This document shows, one piece after another, positions 37,951 to 56,042 of a DNA stretch of 64,000 nucleotides. Both the position numbers and the translations under genes were made by a program. The stretch is taken from assembly GCF_006345805.1 (NCBI RefSeq), contig NC_042998.1:78368001-78432000 (forward strand), written 5' to 3'. Source of the stretch: Octopus sinensis (taxonomy: Eukaryota). The number at the start of each line of letters is the position of its first letter. The first letter of the stretch is position 1. The notes beneath the pieces were generated by a model. That model made no database searches, was not told where the DNA came from, and was given only the letters and a program-made list of their open reading frames with translations.

Positions 37951-38899
37951 ACACACACACAAATCCTCAAAATGATTGAAGCGCAAAAGCGAACTAGTTA
38001 ATAAAGAAGGGGACACAACTATGACACAGAAAGTAATGCATGGTGAATTTTGGGCATTATCTTACAGTAAATAATTATCTTATTGATTTTTTTATAAATC
38101 TTCCTTAAATGTATTTATAACGTAAACTGGACTCAATGTTTAATACTAAAAGTGTTTCACTTATTATAAAGTGTATATTTTTGTAATTAAAAACATATCT
38201 TAGGTATGTAAATCATTGAACTTATGTTAATATATACATATGCGTTATGTATCGCAGCTTTAATTTCCTTCAAAAGATTTTAATAAACGATTTAATTTAT
38301 TGTAAACATTACGAATTATTGTATTGAGCAAATATTATTGCAGATATTTTGAAGATTCTACAGTCATATGTTTATTTAAGTTAATTATAAATAGTCTATA
38401 CGTGAATATACCACAATCGAGATGGCGACTCTGCCAAGTCGCCATCTTGATTGCAACTTGAGAACATCAGATCAAGTCCTTACAGTGCGCTTTTCGGATG
38501 TCTGCTCTCTGAGGTTAATTTCTGACTTCAACTATGAATTCAGTCATGCATTCTTGTATGTATGATTTAAGCTCTTGAAAGAGTTCAAGCTGGTCGCTAA
38601 CAAAGCGACAAGACTTTTTGAGTTAAGAGAGTTCCCAGTGTTTGTAAATATGTCGTTGAGTTGGTGTGTTGAATGAGTTGGTGTGTTGGTTGAACAGTTG
38701 ATGCATGCACCAAGGTGTGAGCATATATTTACATAGGAATCTTAGATGGAGTGCCTCTGGAATGTCTTTCAAATTTTCCTTATGCTAGTAATAGATTGGA
38801 TTTGGAGAATCTACGTTATTATTTTTTTTTCCTCTTTTTCCGTGACACCGAGAACTTCTAGGTTTTTGTGTAAGTTTGTTGGTATGTATGTATGTATGT

Positions 38900-41800
38900 A
38901 TGTGCAGATTTGTATGTTTTACTTTATGTATGTATTCTCATGCATATAGTTGCATATCTAGTCATGCTCATATATATTTAAATGATAAACGTTTGGAAAG
39001 TTTTACAGATTTTTACAGTTCCAGTGAAGGAGTGGATCTGTAGTCTATGAATTAGCTTTCTCCTTACTGGTTTTGAGAAGCCTAATTTTTCAACATTTAG
39101 GACCCCAATAATTACAGCTATAAACCTGAACTTGTAATCTGGATAGAGTAACTACAGCTTTCTCAATAGTTCAGCATAGGTGTTCTCTTTTTCGCTGATC
39201 TTCAGCTTTATGTTAACATCCGCTGGGCAGCTAATTTCCACAATGTGCACAATTTCTCTTCTCTACTCCAAATCATCATATCAGGTGTGTTGTGCTTACA
39301 TTTTATTGAGTTTTTCACTTGTACATTTCACCAGTATTCCTTTTATTATGAGTGGCTATGGCTTCTACCATATTGTGAGTTCTTATTTCTTTGTCCTCAG
39401 GATTATCCTTCCGACGGATTTCATTATAGAGTGTCCTAGCTACAACGTCATGTCGCATTGTCAGAAAATACCGTGATGACATTTTCGGACAACTGCTTAT
39501 GATGTGGGTGATATCTTCAGTGTGAACTCCACAAAGTCTGCATCGGTTGTCACACTTTACGGCTTTACATGCATCTCTATCCCTTTTGTGCATCAGGTAC
39601 TTGGTTGATATTTCCTGTTCCTGGGTTGCAAACGCTTACCCTTCGAAATGGGAGGTAGTAATCTAGCTATTGGTCCACGATAAACTGCTTTGATGATATG
39701 CTAGTAACATATCCATGCATAGTCTTCTGCTCGTGTAGGCTCATCCTTTCATCTGATGATATGTTGCAGTAGAGTCGTGCGACTTCTTTGGGTATGTATT
39801 CTAGGTTATTAGACAAAGAATAGTTGCTCAAGGAGCTGCCTTCCAAGTCTTATAATGTTAGCAGCTTCATGTAAACAAACTTGGTCATGGGATGCTCTTC
39901 GACACTTGGTGGTTAAAAGATGTTGCCGAAGGGATATGTTGAGAAATTCAAAGACAATTTGAATCGATGTTAAGCCTCTTCCTCCTTGTTTTCGTTTCAG
40001 GTAGAGGCGATCTACATCGCTGTTTATATGGAAATTATGTGTGCTTGTTAGTATTTTTCGGGTTTTCACATCAATGGTTCGAATCTCACCAAGCGTCAAA
40101 TCAAGCAGCCCAAATGTTCGTGTGAATACTGGCACTGCAAACACATTGTGGGCCACTGTTTTATTGAATGCATAGAGTTCTGAGGTTCAAATTTTCTTTA
40201 TTCAGCTTTAATATTCTTTAGTGACACGTATTTTGTTACAGGTGCCACTGTAAGATATATTTTCATCCACCCCTAGATACCTGTAACATTCCTCGTCAGA
40301 TTCAGGGGAAACAGTCAAATCATTGATGGAGATATTACTAGTCTGGTTTATAGTTTTTCCCCTTTCACAACCATATATCAACATTTAATCCTGACCAAAC
40401 TCCAATCCTACATCCTTTGAGAGTGTTGTAACTAGATCAAGGCTCCTTTTCATCTCATACATATTCTTTGCATAAAGTTTTAAGTCATTCACAAAGAAGC
40501 AGTGTGTAATTTTGCTATTTCTGTTTCTTTGTGAACCCGTGAGATATCTTTCAGACTTCCTTAACACGAATGACAAGGGGTTTACATAAAATATAAACAA
40601 CATCACAGAGAGGCTGCCTCCTTGAAATATACCTTTGTGATACTGTCGGTGATAATACAGTCACTCATTGTGTTTAATTTCAAGATGGTGGCCCACGATG
40701 AAATCATGTCAGCTATGACTTTGATTATTCCAACTGAGACTTTAGCAAGTTGAAGGACTTCTAGCATCCATGAGTGGGGAACGGAATCAAGGGCTTCCCT
40801 GTAGTCTAGCCACATTGAAACGAGGTTCCTCCTATGCTCTCGCACCTCTGACACCACAGTTTTGTTGATAAACAATTGCTCGGCACATCCCCAGGCTCCC
40901 TTCTTCCCAGCTGCTTGTTCTGCTGTGATAATGTTATTTGTTTCACAATGGTCCTGAGGGAAAAGGTTTAAACATGCTCCATATATTTTATACATTAGGT
41001 TCTGGAATGCAATTGGCCGGTAAGATTTTGCCATGTGGGTGGTTCTGCATTTGGGGATCAATTTTGTCTCTACCAGAGCTAACCAGTGTGGTATGCTACT
41101 GTTCCAGATGAGAGCTTGCTGGTACAGACTGATAAGATATTGTCGGTAGAATGTTAGCTTCTTGTACCAATATCCAACAATCAAGTCTCTTTCAGGTGCC
41201 TTTCCATCCTGGAGTTTCTGGATCACTGTTGCAAGAGTTTCACCATCAATGTTGTATGTCTTGGATGTAATGCAGGAGCAATAACGTTTTCGGATTTCTT
41301 CCAGCCACAGAGTGTCTTTGTTAAATTCCTTCTCTTCACTCCAAGTTGTTTTCCAGAAAGAGTCTGTGTCTTCTCGTGAAGGAGCTTCCGTGATGTTCAC
41401 TGCTCCTCCTCGCATGTCTCTGTATACTGCTGCATGGTCGCGGTTAAATTTTTTGTTTTTTGTTCTTCTCTCACTTATTCTCTTCTGATGTCAAAGTTTT
41501 TCACTGAGAGCTTTAAGCTCCTGCTTGAGGGTAATCAGTTTGCAAGTGAGTGTCCTCTTTTTGTTGTCTCCAAATATCATTTCTATCTCCTTCTTTACTT
41601 TCTGTTGGTGGGACGTATAGTGATTTGCTTGTTTGCATGCAATACGCATCATTACATGACTGATGGTCTTCCGTAAACCTGTTATCTTTTTCTCTGTCTT
41701 CAAAACCCATGATAGTACCTTCTTTGTTATTTCGGTTTTGTGGTGGTCTTATATCATTCACGTTTTTATCTTTGGTTTTAGAATTGGGAGGAAGGTTAAT

Positions 41801-42345
41801 TTTCGATTTTTTAGTAAAGTTACAGTTATTAATCTTCTTTCTATGTTCTACAAATGTTGCTCGTTGGCAACGTTGCTTCGCAGTAAAATTATTTAATTTT
41901 GGATGTGGATCGTCCCGATATGATTTCAATCGCTTCGTATTACCAACAGCGGGGTTTTGTTTCGCTTTTTCGTAGCAGTTAAACAGATCATTATTCAATT
42001 CATAACTCCATTAGAAATGAGTTTTGTAGTTACGGTTTCTTCTATAACTACAGCTAGAAAGAATTTGTTTACCAGTTGAGCTGTTGTTTTCGTTCTGTTC
42101 CTCGATTGTGTTGTTGATGTTATGTCCAGCCTTGTTGCTTATAGTAACTTTCTGCTTGCTAAATTCAAGTTTCAGTCGAAAATCATTACGATCGTGATTA
42201 AAAGGCTCCCTCAGTTAATTCATCAGAAAATTAACCAGATATTTAACAAGGCTGATAGTTGTGGCTCCAAAGTTGGAAATAGTATTCATCGTATTTCCGA
42301 TAAATAGTTTCCCACGCCAAATACGCGACTTGTCGCTTCGAATGT
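38900..42345 (-). mobile_element. R4/Dong-clade LINE, apparently near full length, flanked by (CATA)n/(TATG)n
   Basis: N-terminus MNNDLF.CYEKAKQNP. RT motifs YRPIAFQNLMYKI, EQAAGKKGAWGC.EQLFINK, WLDYREALDSVPHSW, FFVNDLKLYA. C-terminal CRLCGVHTEDITHIISSC, MRHDVVA and HNTPDMMIW (39268-39294). Many frameshifts. Confidence 0.88.
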
Positions 42346-43521
42346 TTATGTATGTATGTACGTACGTATGTATGTATGTATGTATGTATGTATGTATGTA
42401 TGTATGTATGTATGTATGTATGTATGTATGTATATTTGTGTGTGTGTGTGTATGCATGTATGTATGTATGTGTGTGTGTATGTATGTGTGTGTGTATGTA
42501 TGTATGTATGTATGTATGTATATTTGTGTGTGTGTGTGTGTGCATGTATATATGTGTGTGTGTGTGTGTATGTATGTGTGTGTGTGTATGTATGTATGTG
42601 TGTGTGTATGTATGTATGTATGTATGTATGTATGTATGTATGCATATATGTATGTAATGTTGTCAGCTTACTATCCGTCCTTTAAATGAACTTAACGAAA
42701 TTTGTCGATTAATTGGCCAATCTTAATAAACTTGTTTATCGCTAAAGCTTTTCATTTTATTTGCTTTCTTGCATAATAGGAGATACATTCATGGATTTTG
42801 TACTCTTCTTAATTCATGTAATTAATTATTGCTTCTAAATTAGGAACAAGGCTAGCTGTTTTTAGCAACGTGGCTAGTCGATGCCATCGATCTTTGAACT
42901 TGACTGATATTCTATCTTACCGATCCCGAAGGAATGAAAGCAAACGTTGAACTTAAACTACAATAGATTTGTATCCAGAAGAAGAACCGCAAGCCATTTT
43001 CTCCGATGCTGTAACGATTTTGCTAAATACTGCACCGCTATTAGTGCTAATTACGACATATCAAGCCAACAATGCACAATGGGACAGCTAAAATGGTTGA
43101 AAATGTTGCTTGCTTTCATGCAGACTTTGAATGAATGTATAAAGGTAATTGCAACGAAATTCCAATCATTTATTTCTTCACATATCAATTCAGTAATTTT
43201 AGCTTGTCTTTGACCTTTCCTCTATGCAAATGCGTAGATAGTCAAAGGCTGTTATGATCTGTTTTTTTCTTCCTATAGAACAGGAAATCTAATAAACACC
43301 CCTTTCCTTTTCTAACCAAGTAGACCTTTAGACTATACGTAGGACTGAACATTAAATTGGTTAACCGATTATCCAGATGTTTTTCAAACTAAGACGCAAA
43401 AATGAAAGGCCACACACTTATTCCATAGGCGCTCGCGAACACGTACGCAAACATGTTTGTGTTCATTCGTAGATAATTAATGCTTCAGTTTGTTGCTGCT
43501 TCGAGCTTGTAACGTGGCAGT

Positions 43522-43587
43522 CATTTAGACCAGATCTGTGGGAAATGTTTTAATATCAGTGGTCACTTGAAAGTACATAACATGTGA
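43522..43587 (+). pseudogene. Possible single degenerate C2H2 zinc-finger remnant
   Basis: HLDQICGKCFNISGHLKVHNM* has C-G-K-x-F...L-x-x-H spacing but lacks the first Cys, the second His and a linker. Confidence 0.2.
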
Positions 43588-44339
43588 GTTTGTTCGTGTA
43601 CCGCGAGAAGTAATGGATTTGTAATTTTTCCAATTCAAAAGTATGAAAATTTCATTAAATAACGGTTTTAGTCATGAGGAGTAATCAGTATTTTTGTCGG
43701 GTATTTTTTCATCCGGTTATGATTTGATGAGAACAAGAGCCACCCAGACCCTGCTTCAGATGAAGAATTGCTGAGCGAAAGAACTCGGAATAGTGACAAG
43801 ATGTTGTGGTTCGAATCCCACCAAGGCATTCATGCTATACTTATTTATCAGAAATTATTAAATTCGTTGAATATATACCAAGCAAAAGTAAAAAAGAGAC
43901 TACTTACAATTGATTATAAATAAAAACAAAAAAATTGTTCGTAAATTTGTTTCTCCAAATGTTTTATAGTTTATGACAATACGTAAACCACATCAACATT
44001 GATGTTCCACGAAGCAGCTGGTGAACCTCTACGTGGTTGCTGGCGCTGCTAAAAACAAGAGATGAGTATCCCTCAAATCACATATCACTTTCAATATATG
44101 ATGGTCCACGTGCACATACATATTAATACAGTCCTGGATAAAGTGTTCTAATATAAAGAGGTAACGAGATGGCTTTGGTTGGAATAATTTTGCTTACAAT
44201 ATCTAAATTCTTATGCATGTGTTAGCATATGTGCATCGTTTTTTTTCTGCTTGATAAGTTTGGAGGAAGGGACAGAATTAATGTCCTTTACATGATCTCT
44301 GAGACTGTTACCATCAATATACTGTTTCTATTGTTGTAG

Positions 44340-44720
44340 ATCAACATCTGTCGGAAAGACACAAGCGAAGAGGAGGTTTCAGAAAACCGATATTTGGGGG
44401 AAAGCGGAAGAATGATTGGGAGTGGTGATCAGTGGAGGGAACGGGAAAATTAGACGCGATGAGGGTAGGAAGAAGTGGAGAAGCATGATGACTGGGTGGT
44501 GGAGGTATGACACCAACCAACTCCGAGGAACAGGGGTTATTATGGTAGCAGTAGAAAAGGCATTGAGAAGAGACAGCACACATTAGTTGGAATATATCCA
44601 TTAGGGACGGAATGCCAATCAGCCGAGTGGCCCTTCTGACTTCTGCCCGAGATGTCAGTGTACGTAGCAGTACTCCATCGGGGGCGTTACTTAAACCTTG
44701 TAGGGAATCAGCAAGCACTT
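44340..44720 (-). mobile_element. CR1/L2-group LINE C-terminal relic
   Basis: RATRLIGIPSL..FQL...AVSSQCLFYCYHNNPCSSELVGVIPPP...DHHSQSFF resembles the post-RT 'RR.VSSL.LFYRYY.G.CSSEL' motif. Confidence 0.55.
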
Positions 44721-44871
44721 TAAGGATTAAGAGTTCTAGACTAAAACATAGATATGTTATAATTACCGCATTACATACTAGTATTAACTAGTGAAACACA
44801 TGTTATGAAATTTATGATGTTGTGATGTAAAAAATTACTACTCTAACTCTCCTATTTCATTCGGTTCTCGG

Positions 44872-44924
<53 letters not shown>

Positions 44925-45119
44925 GCCAGAGCTTGAGACGAAAAGTGGTAAATCAGTTCATTATTATTTACTAGCATCATTTGATTGGCAATGTTCAGGT
45001 AAAACTGCGCATAAACTTAAGAGAGAATACACGTGTATATGTAATGAAATGGGTGGCACAGAGGAACGACAGAGGAATTTACGAGTAAAACAGAACCACA
45101 CAACAGACACAGACAAACT

Positions 45120-49145
<4,026 letters not shown>

Positions 49146-50809
49146 GTAGACAAGTTAGCGTACGCTGAAAAGTGTGCCTTGATGCCTTGAGAGAAAAATA
49201 TATAGAAAAATTTATATAAAATCTTGTTTGTCTTAATTTTGGGAAAATTGGAGGGAAAAAAATCTACTGACCAGTCAATTCAAAAATGATTGAGAAACTT
49301 CAGAAATGAAAAGGCTTTGGAAATTTAAGAGAATAGATAGAAAGAAAATAAAGGCAGCATGAGAGAAAAATCAAAGAGAAAGACAGTCAGAAAAAGAAAC
49401 GGTTGTTGCAGAGAGGAAACACGAGGATAGTGGAGAAACGGAGAGAGGAGTATATTATAATTACATATTTTAATATATTTGTATAATTATACACACATAT
49501 GCTATTTTATGTCTTTATATATAATATATGTATATAAATACTTTCATATGTAAATATACTATGTAATTATATATATATATATATAAAATATATATACATA
49601 CATTCATACTTAGAGAAAAGGAGAGAGATTTAGTTTCCCTCAAAATATTTCAGTCAACGTTTTAATTTAAACATTAGAGAAGAACGTATGTAATGGACAA
49701 ATATTTTCGTAACTATTTTAAACGTTCTTAAGTCATATCTTTAAATTGATTATAAACATTATATATATGAGTATATTATGGTCCAGGCTATGAATTGGCA
49801 GAGAAGTTAGATCTTTAGATTGAATACTTTACAGTATTTGTTCGGGTATTTTGTGTTCAAATCTCGTCGAAGTGAACTTCGTTTTTTCCACCTTTCGTTA
49901 TCAATAACTAATATCTATGTGAGGTTTTGGGGACAATGGCATGTACATGGTTTTTACATATATCTGGATCACGCCAAGATTTCTGCTGGGGCTGGTTTTC
50001 ATATTTAGATTGGAAAAACAAACTCGTCGCATTCCAAGATGGGAAATAAATATATCCATCTTTGGTTGGTCTTTTATTCATTGATAATATAATCATATGT
50101 ATTTAGCAAATTGATGATCCCTCATGCGTAAAATTCTTCTGATTTGGAAGCAACATAACTTTCAGTATCATTTTTGACCTTTTCAAAATTAATAAGCTAT
50201 TGTTCCTGGAAATAAAATTGCAATGATCTGAAAAGATGATTGTCGGATGAACAAGGTAGAGGGAGTAAGGTGGGTGAAACAAAACTTACATATTTAGTAC
50301 CATAATCCTTTTTTTAGTGTCTTGGGCAAAATTTGGTGTGGCATTAACATGTAAGAGCAACATGTCTCTAAGATTCACCAATGACAAACACGTTTTTCTG
50401 GGTTTTTGGTTTTTTTTTTTTAATTTTGTTTTGTATTTTTTGTGCAGTACTTTTAGTTGACATTATATCTCCGCATTTACTGTTTCGTTTCGGTTTAACG
50501 CTTCATGATTGGCGACACCTTTCATGTCCCATCAAATACACAACTTTTGCTCCAGGTTTACTTGGTTTGCGATGGATTTTCATTTTCGTTGAATGTTAAT
50601 CATTGTCGTTTTCGATGGTCCTAATTATACTGGGTTTTTTTTTGCTTTTGTTTTTTTATCTTTGGTCACTAAGTGTTATTTCCTATCTGCTTCTATCTAG
50701 AAATCAAAGGAAATGATTACTATTCTCTTTAAACATTGCTTTTGTGACCTGGACATCAATGTTTTGAAACTCACCTGTTTTGCATAACATTTCAGAGTTA
50801 CTGAATCAG

Positions 50810-50990
50810 AAATATCGTTATAGTAAATATTCTGCTCCATACCACAGATTTACTTGTCAGTTGCTTGACCGTAACCACTTGAGCATCTCCCTTAGTCGCT
50901 GTGCATGTCTGATCATGCGCAGGTGAAGTAGGGAGTATCATAGCCACGTGTTGAGATGGATTCTTTGGGGTTCGAATAAATATAACAAAA
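50810..50990. mobile_element. Family C repeat, partial diverged copy 3 (opposite orientation)
   Basis: The reverse complement reads CTCAACACGTGGCTATG...GCTCAAGTGGTTACGGTCAAGCAACTGACAAGTAAATCTGTGGTATGGAGCAGAATATTT, matching 436-580. Confidence 0.7.
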
Positions 50991-51054
50991 GCAAACTTTG
51001 AAGGAAATATTCGCCATTTTTCATACTTTCTGGGGGTAAGCAAATAGGAAATAA

Positions 51055-51540
51055 CAGTTGCTAACCAATGACAAAATTCGTGTTACGCATTCTTATAGAA
51101 AACTCACTTTTCATCATTTGTAATGATTGTGTCCAGAAATGGTTCTGTAGCAAGTCTAGTCTTCAATGAGACAATTCTTTCATTTAGCTGAGAAGCTGTC
51201 AATTGATGAAGGATCCATTGACCAAGTTTGGACTATTTTTTTTTATCCATGATGTTTTACGAAGAGTAACTTGAATTGAGTTGTTTTGCTAATTCTCGCA
51301 CTTTGGATTTTCCTCAATTCCAGTTTTCAGAGGCTGAATGTTGACAGAATTTAGTCATTGAGACCTAAGGAAATTTGCCAGAAAAAATTTCCCGAACAAA
51401 CCTGGTCAAAACATCGTTGGCATGTCTGAATACATAAAACTTCATGTCCATAGATATATTTCTTATCGCTTCCATTGCTAACCGGTCCTTTTCGAACTCA
51501 CACTATATCCAGCATCAGCAATGGGTCTGATATAAACTCA
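51055..51540 (-). mobile_element. Mariner (Mos1/SETMAR-like) transposase relic
   Basis: Fragments EFEK, KVRELAKQLNSS, KLGQWILHQLT and EPFLDTIITNDEK (WVPHEL and FL.RI.T.DEKW motifs). Confidence 0.72.
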
Positions 51541-52237
51541 TTTTAAAAGATAGAGTCGATATGAATTTAATCACATGGTATAAGGTCATCTGCGATGCAA
51601 AATAATATATTAGAATGTAAAAATTAATGTTTATTTTACTGTAAATATTGAAAAGGTACTCTGAAAATAATCATGTGAAAAATGCAATAGGACTTTCTTC
51701 CCAACCTATTATAACTTATTCACTATTTCCAAAATTATTTCAAATAGAAAAACAAATGTTAGATAATTGTATGTAAATATTAATGTTAGTTCTTATGTAG
51801 ATTCTTACATAGATGCATACAAAATAAATTGAAGAATCACTGAAAATCTTGCCATAGATGATCATATCTAATTCATTTTTACATGAAAAAAAGTTAAGAG
51901 AATTCATAGTTTTAGTTTAATGGCTTTTGTTAGATTTGAAGGCCAGTAGGCCAATATATGTTCCTATATATATATATACATAGAGAGAGAGAGAAAGAGA
52001 GATTGATATGTTGATATGTGTTCGTGTACGTATTTGCGTATACGCAGGTCTATATGGTTATGTGTGAGTGTGTGTGTAAATGCTTGTATATGTTTATATA
52101 CATAGATATGTATACATATATGCACGCACTCGTATAAGTGTATATGTATCTATATATATATGTGTGTGTGTATGTGTGAGTGCGTGTGTGTATGTGTGTA
52201 TGTGTAGAAGGTAGAAAATTAACACACGAGTTAATAT

Positions 52238-52430
52238 GTATAAGGGAAATAAGACAAGGTAGAAAATGCTAAAATAATTTTATCATGAAGTACATTTTAG
52301 TACCGGTTTCCGCCTTTCAGACTTTTTTCAACTAAGAGTGGAAAAAGTCTAAAAGACGGAAACCGGTACTAAAATATACTTCGTGATAAAATTATTTTAG
52401 CATTTTCTACCTTTCTTCTTTTCTTATATA
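52238..52430. mobile_element. Penelope-derived fold-back palindrome with two opposed degenerate hammerhead cassettes
   Basis: Arms 52256-52333 and 52337-52413 surround a 3-nt loop (AAG). The sequence GTAGAAAATGCTAAAATAATTTTAT...AGTACCGGTTTC is homologous to the pLTR end at 18838-18910. Confidence 0.8.
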
Positions 52431-52432
52431 TA

Positions 52433-52491
<59 letters not shown>

Positions 52492-52847
52492 TATATATGA
52501 GCGTTCAGCTTTTGCCGAACGACCTGTACAAATGATTTCTTTGTAGTGATCAAATTTTCATGCTCCATTTTAGCTCCCTTTCCCCATCAAATCAACGTTG
52601 TCTGAAAGGGCGCACTGCGTATCACGCGTCAGGTGTCGAAGTGCTCATAGAACAACTTGAGATGAAGTGTTTTGCTCATGAATACAATGTACCACCCTGA
52701 CTAAGAATTGAAATCACGATCGCTAGACCGTGAAGGCAACACCCCATCTCACTTCATTATTTATACTGGGCTAAATCTCAAGACAAATAAAAGATGAATT
52801 ATCTGTTGTCAAAGTGTGTCTATGCTTTTGGGGTCACCTTGTGTGCA

Positions 52848-52893
<46 letters not shown>

Positions 52894-53699
52894 TGCACAC
52901 TAACCGAAGATGACAAATAAATGAATTACAAATACTTTGAGTTTTTGTATTTTATGACTCCCAAATGTCCTTCCAGAACAGTCATTAGATTGAAAGCTAA
53001 CGTTCATCAGAAGCCAGACAAATTTGTCTGTAGATTCCATTTAAATTTGTGAATTAAATATATTTTATTAATAATCATTGACTTTCAAGTATTGAATGTG
53101 TATATATTTTGGGGACGTCCTGTACACACACACACAATATATATATATATATATGATGGCGGCGTATATATGCGTGTTTTTGTATGTGTGTATGTATATA
53201 TACATGTATGTATATGTATGTATGTATATATATATTATATATATAATATATATATATATAATATTATATATATATATACATACATACATATACATACATG
53301 TATATATACATAGACACACATATATATATATATATATTATATATATACATACATACATATACATACATGTATATATACATAGACACACAGACACAACACG
53401 AATATATACGCCGCCATCACTACCCATGTTTGAATACAGGGAAAGATTAGTCGATACATGCAGTAGTTAATATCTATTATCCTATCAGATCTTCGTTTCA
53501 TTGTGATAAAAACCATTATTACCTGACTAACAGAAGGTGACAAATTAATAAAATGCAAATAACTCGAGGTTTTGTACTTTATGCACCCCAAATCTCCTTC
53601 CTAATTTCTCGCATTAATCTGAAAGGATTGCAACATATCTGGAAACTCTGTGTGGTGTCAACATGAATCATCAGTTTTAAGTGTGTGTGTATCTGTGTG

Positions 53700-53975
53700 T
53701 ATAAACACTTTTACTTATTGTCAAGCGGTGGTGGAACATACACACCAACACACTCATGTACACACAAACACACACACTCAAACTCACACACACATACATA
53801 CATACATACATACATACATACACACGATAGGCTTCTTTCTGCTTCCGTCTACCAAACCCACTCATAGAGCTTTGGTCGAAGCTGTAGCTAAAGATATTTG
53901 CCCAAAGTGCTACGCAATGGGACTGAACCAAAAAAACATTGTGGTTAAGAAGTAAGTAACCATCTACCACACAGC
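53700..53975 (-). mobile_element. SINE family A, diverged
   Basis: GGCTTCTTTCTGCTTCCGTCTACCAAACCCACTCA...GGGACTGAACC is the reverse complement of the family A body. Confidence 0.7.
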
Positions 53976-54204
53976 CCAACTGCACATATATGCATATATA
54001 CATACATACAATATATATATATGATATTATATATATATATATATATATTTATATAGATATATATATATATATTATTATATATATATATAATGCATATATA
54101 CATACATATATATATATATGATATATGCATACATTATATTATAATATTATATATATAATATATATTATAATATATATATATATATTTATATTATAATATA
54201 ATTT

Positions 54205-54415
54205 CAATGTGACCGCGTGTGTATCGTTGGCGATTTTCTCTCTCCGTCATCTCTTCCTTGGACCTTTCCTTTTTCTATGTCTCTGACGAAGAGCTCCGCT
54301 CGAGACGTTGAACCCTCCTTCTTTCTTTCCTCCTGAGCGTCTAATAACCTATACCTGTTCAACGTCCTCGCGTTGTTGTGGTTTCTCTTCGTGTTTTCAT
54401 GTTTGGATTAACTAT
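54205..54415 (+). mobile_element. (TA)n-embedded Penelope-like terminal fragment with a degenerate hammerhead (54280-54312)
   Basis: CTGACGA-A-GAGC-TCC-GCTC-GAGAC-GTTG. The core and stem II are intact, but GAAA reads GAGA. Confidence 0.5.
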
Positions 54416-54956
54416 ATATATATATATATATATATAAAATGAAACAGTAGATTACATTAAACCTAGTGATATTCAATGTCTGGAACTAGTAAATTTTGTT
54501 TGCGAAATGGAAATAATATATTTGCCTCCAGAAAGAAGGAAGAGTCTAAATTGTGTCTGTGTAGGGGCTAACAATCCGCAAGAGCCTCAAAGTAATTAAA
54601 AGGCATATATATTTTCAAGTTTTGTGAAATCTTCTGATGTAATTTATTTTTTAATCCCGCACTGACGAACCCCTTTCATAACCAATTAATTATATATGTA
54701 TGTATGTCTACACATCTCTACATATACATGAATGCATGTGTGTATATATGTGTATGTGTGTGTGTGTATTTGTGTGTGTGTGAGTGTGTGTGTGTATGTG
54801 TGTCTGCGTTTGTTTGCACTTTTAATTGTTTGTCATTTCAATGCGTCAACGCCGGAGCAATGCCGTCCTAAATAGTAGTGCGCAGTCCATTTTAATAAGG
54901 CTGTACCCAGGATGAACGCAATCTAATGATTGAACCGAGTAAAAGTGCATATATGC

Positions 54957-55000
<44 letters not shown>

Positions 55001-55084
55001 AATATATATTATATAATATATATTATATATATATATAAATATATATATATATTATATATATAATATATATATATTATATATATA

Positions 55085-55134
<50 letters not shown>

Positions 55135-55938
55135 TATAATATATATATACATATATATATACAAATTATATATGTATGTATGTATATAGATATATATTAT
55201 ATATATATTATATATATATATATATATATTAATTTGGTAAATCCACAAGCGCCTACACACCCATGATAGAGATATCCCAAAATTCGCCTGGGGATAATAT
55301 ATCAACATATCTACATAGTAATTACTTATTTATAGCTTATTTATAATTAAAAACCCTTTGTGGCTTTTGGAATACCCATACCTCTGTTTTTCTCTCATTT
55401 TTTTTCTCCAACACACATTCCAACACACACACATATTTATATATATATATTATATATATATATATCTATATATATATATATCTATATATATATATATATA
55501 TATAAAACCAAAGTATAATTAGTATGAAGTGAGTAGTTATGGGAAGGAGATGAGGAGGAGGAGGAGGCGGAGGAGGGTGTTGTTTCATTGGTGATAATTG
55601 TTGGTATCGATGGTTAACGGTGGTAAGAGTTGTGCTCCAATGCTGATCGTCAATATGACTTCAGTCGCCTGAATGAATGATAAAGTGAAGTAAGTGTGAT
55701 AATAGTCGTCACGGTAAAAAGGTGTCACTATAGCGACGAAGAAGCTCAAATCAAAGACTAACACTACAACACTATCACCACTTCCACCACTACCTCCACA
55801 TACTGCTGCCGTTATCATCATCAACACCTCTGCTTTTAGTACTAATGCTTCTGTTTTAACTGCTTACATTACTACTACTAATACAATCCTTATTACAACT
55901 ACCACTGCCACCACAACAGTCACTTCAAAAAATACTAC

Positions 55939-55997
<59 letters not shown>

Positions 55998-56007
55998 ATA
56001 GTAGTAA

Positions 56008-56042
<35 letters not shown>

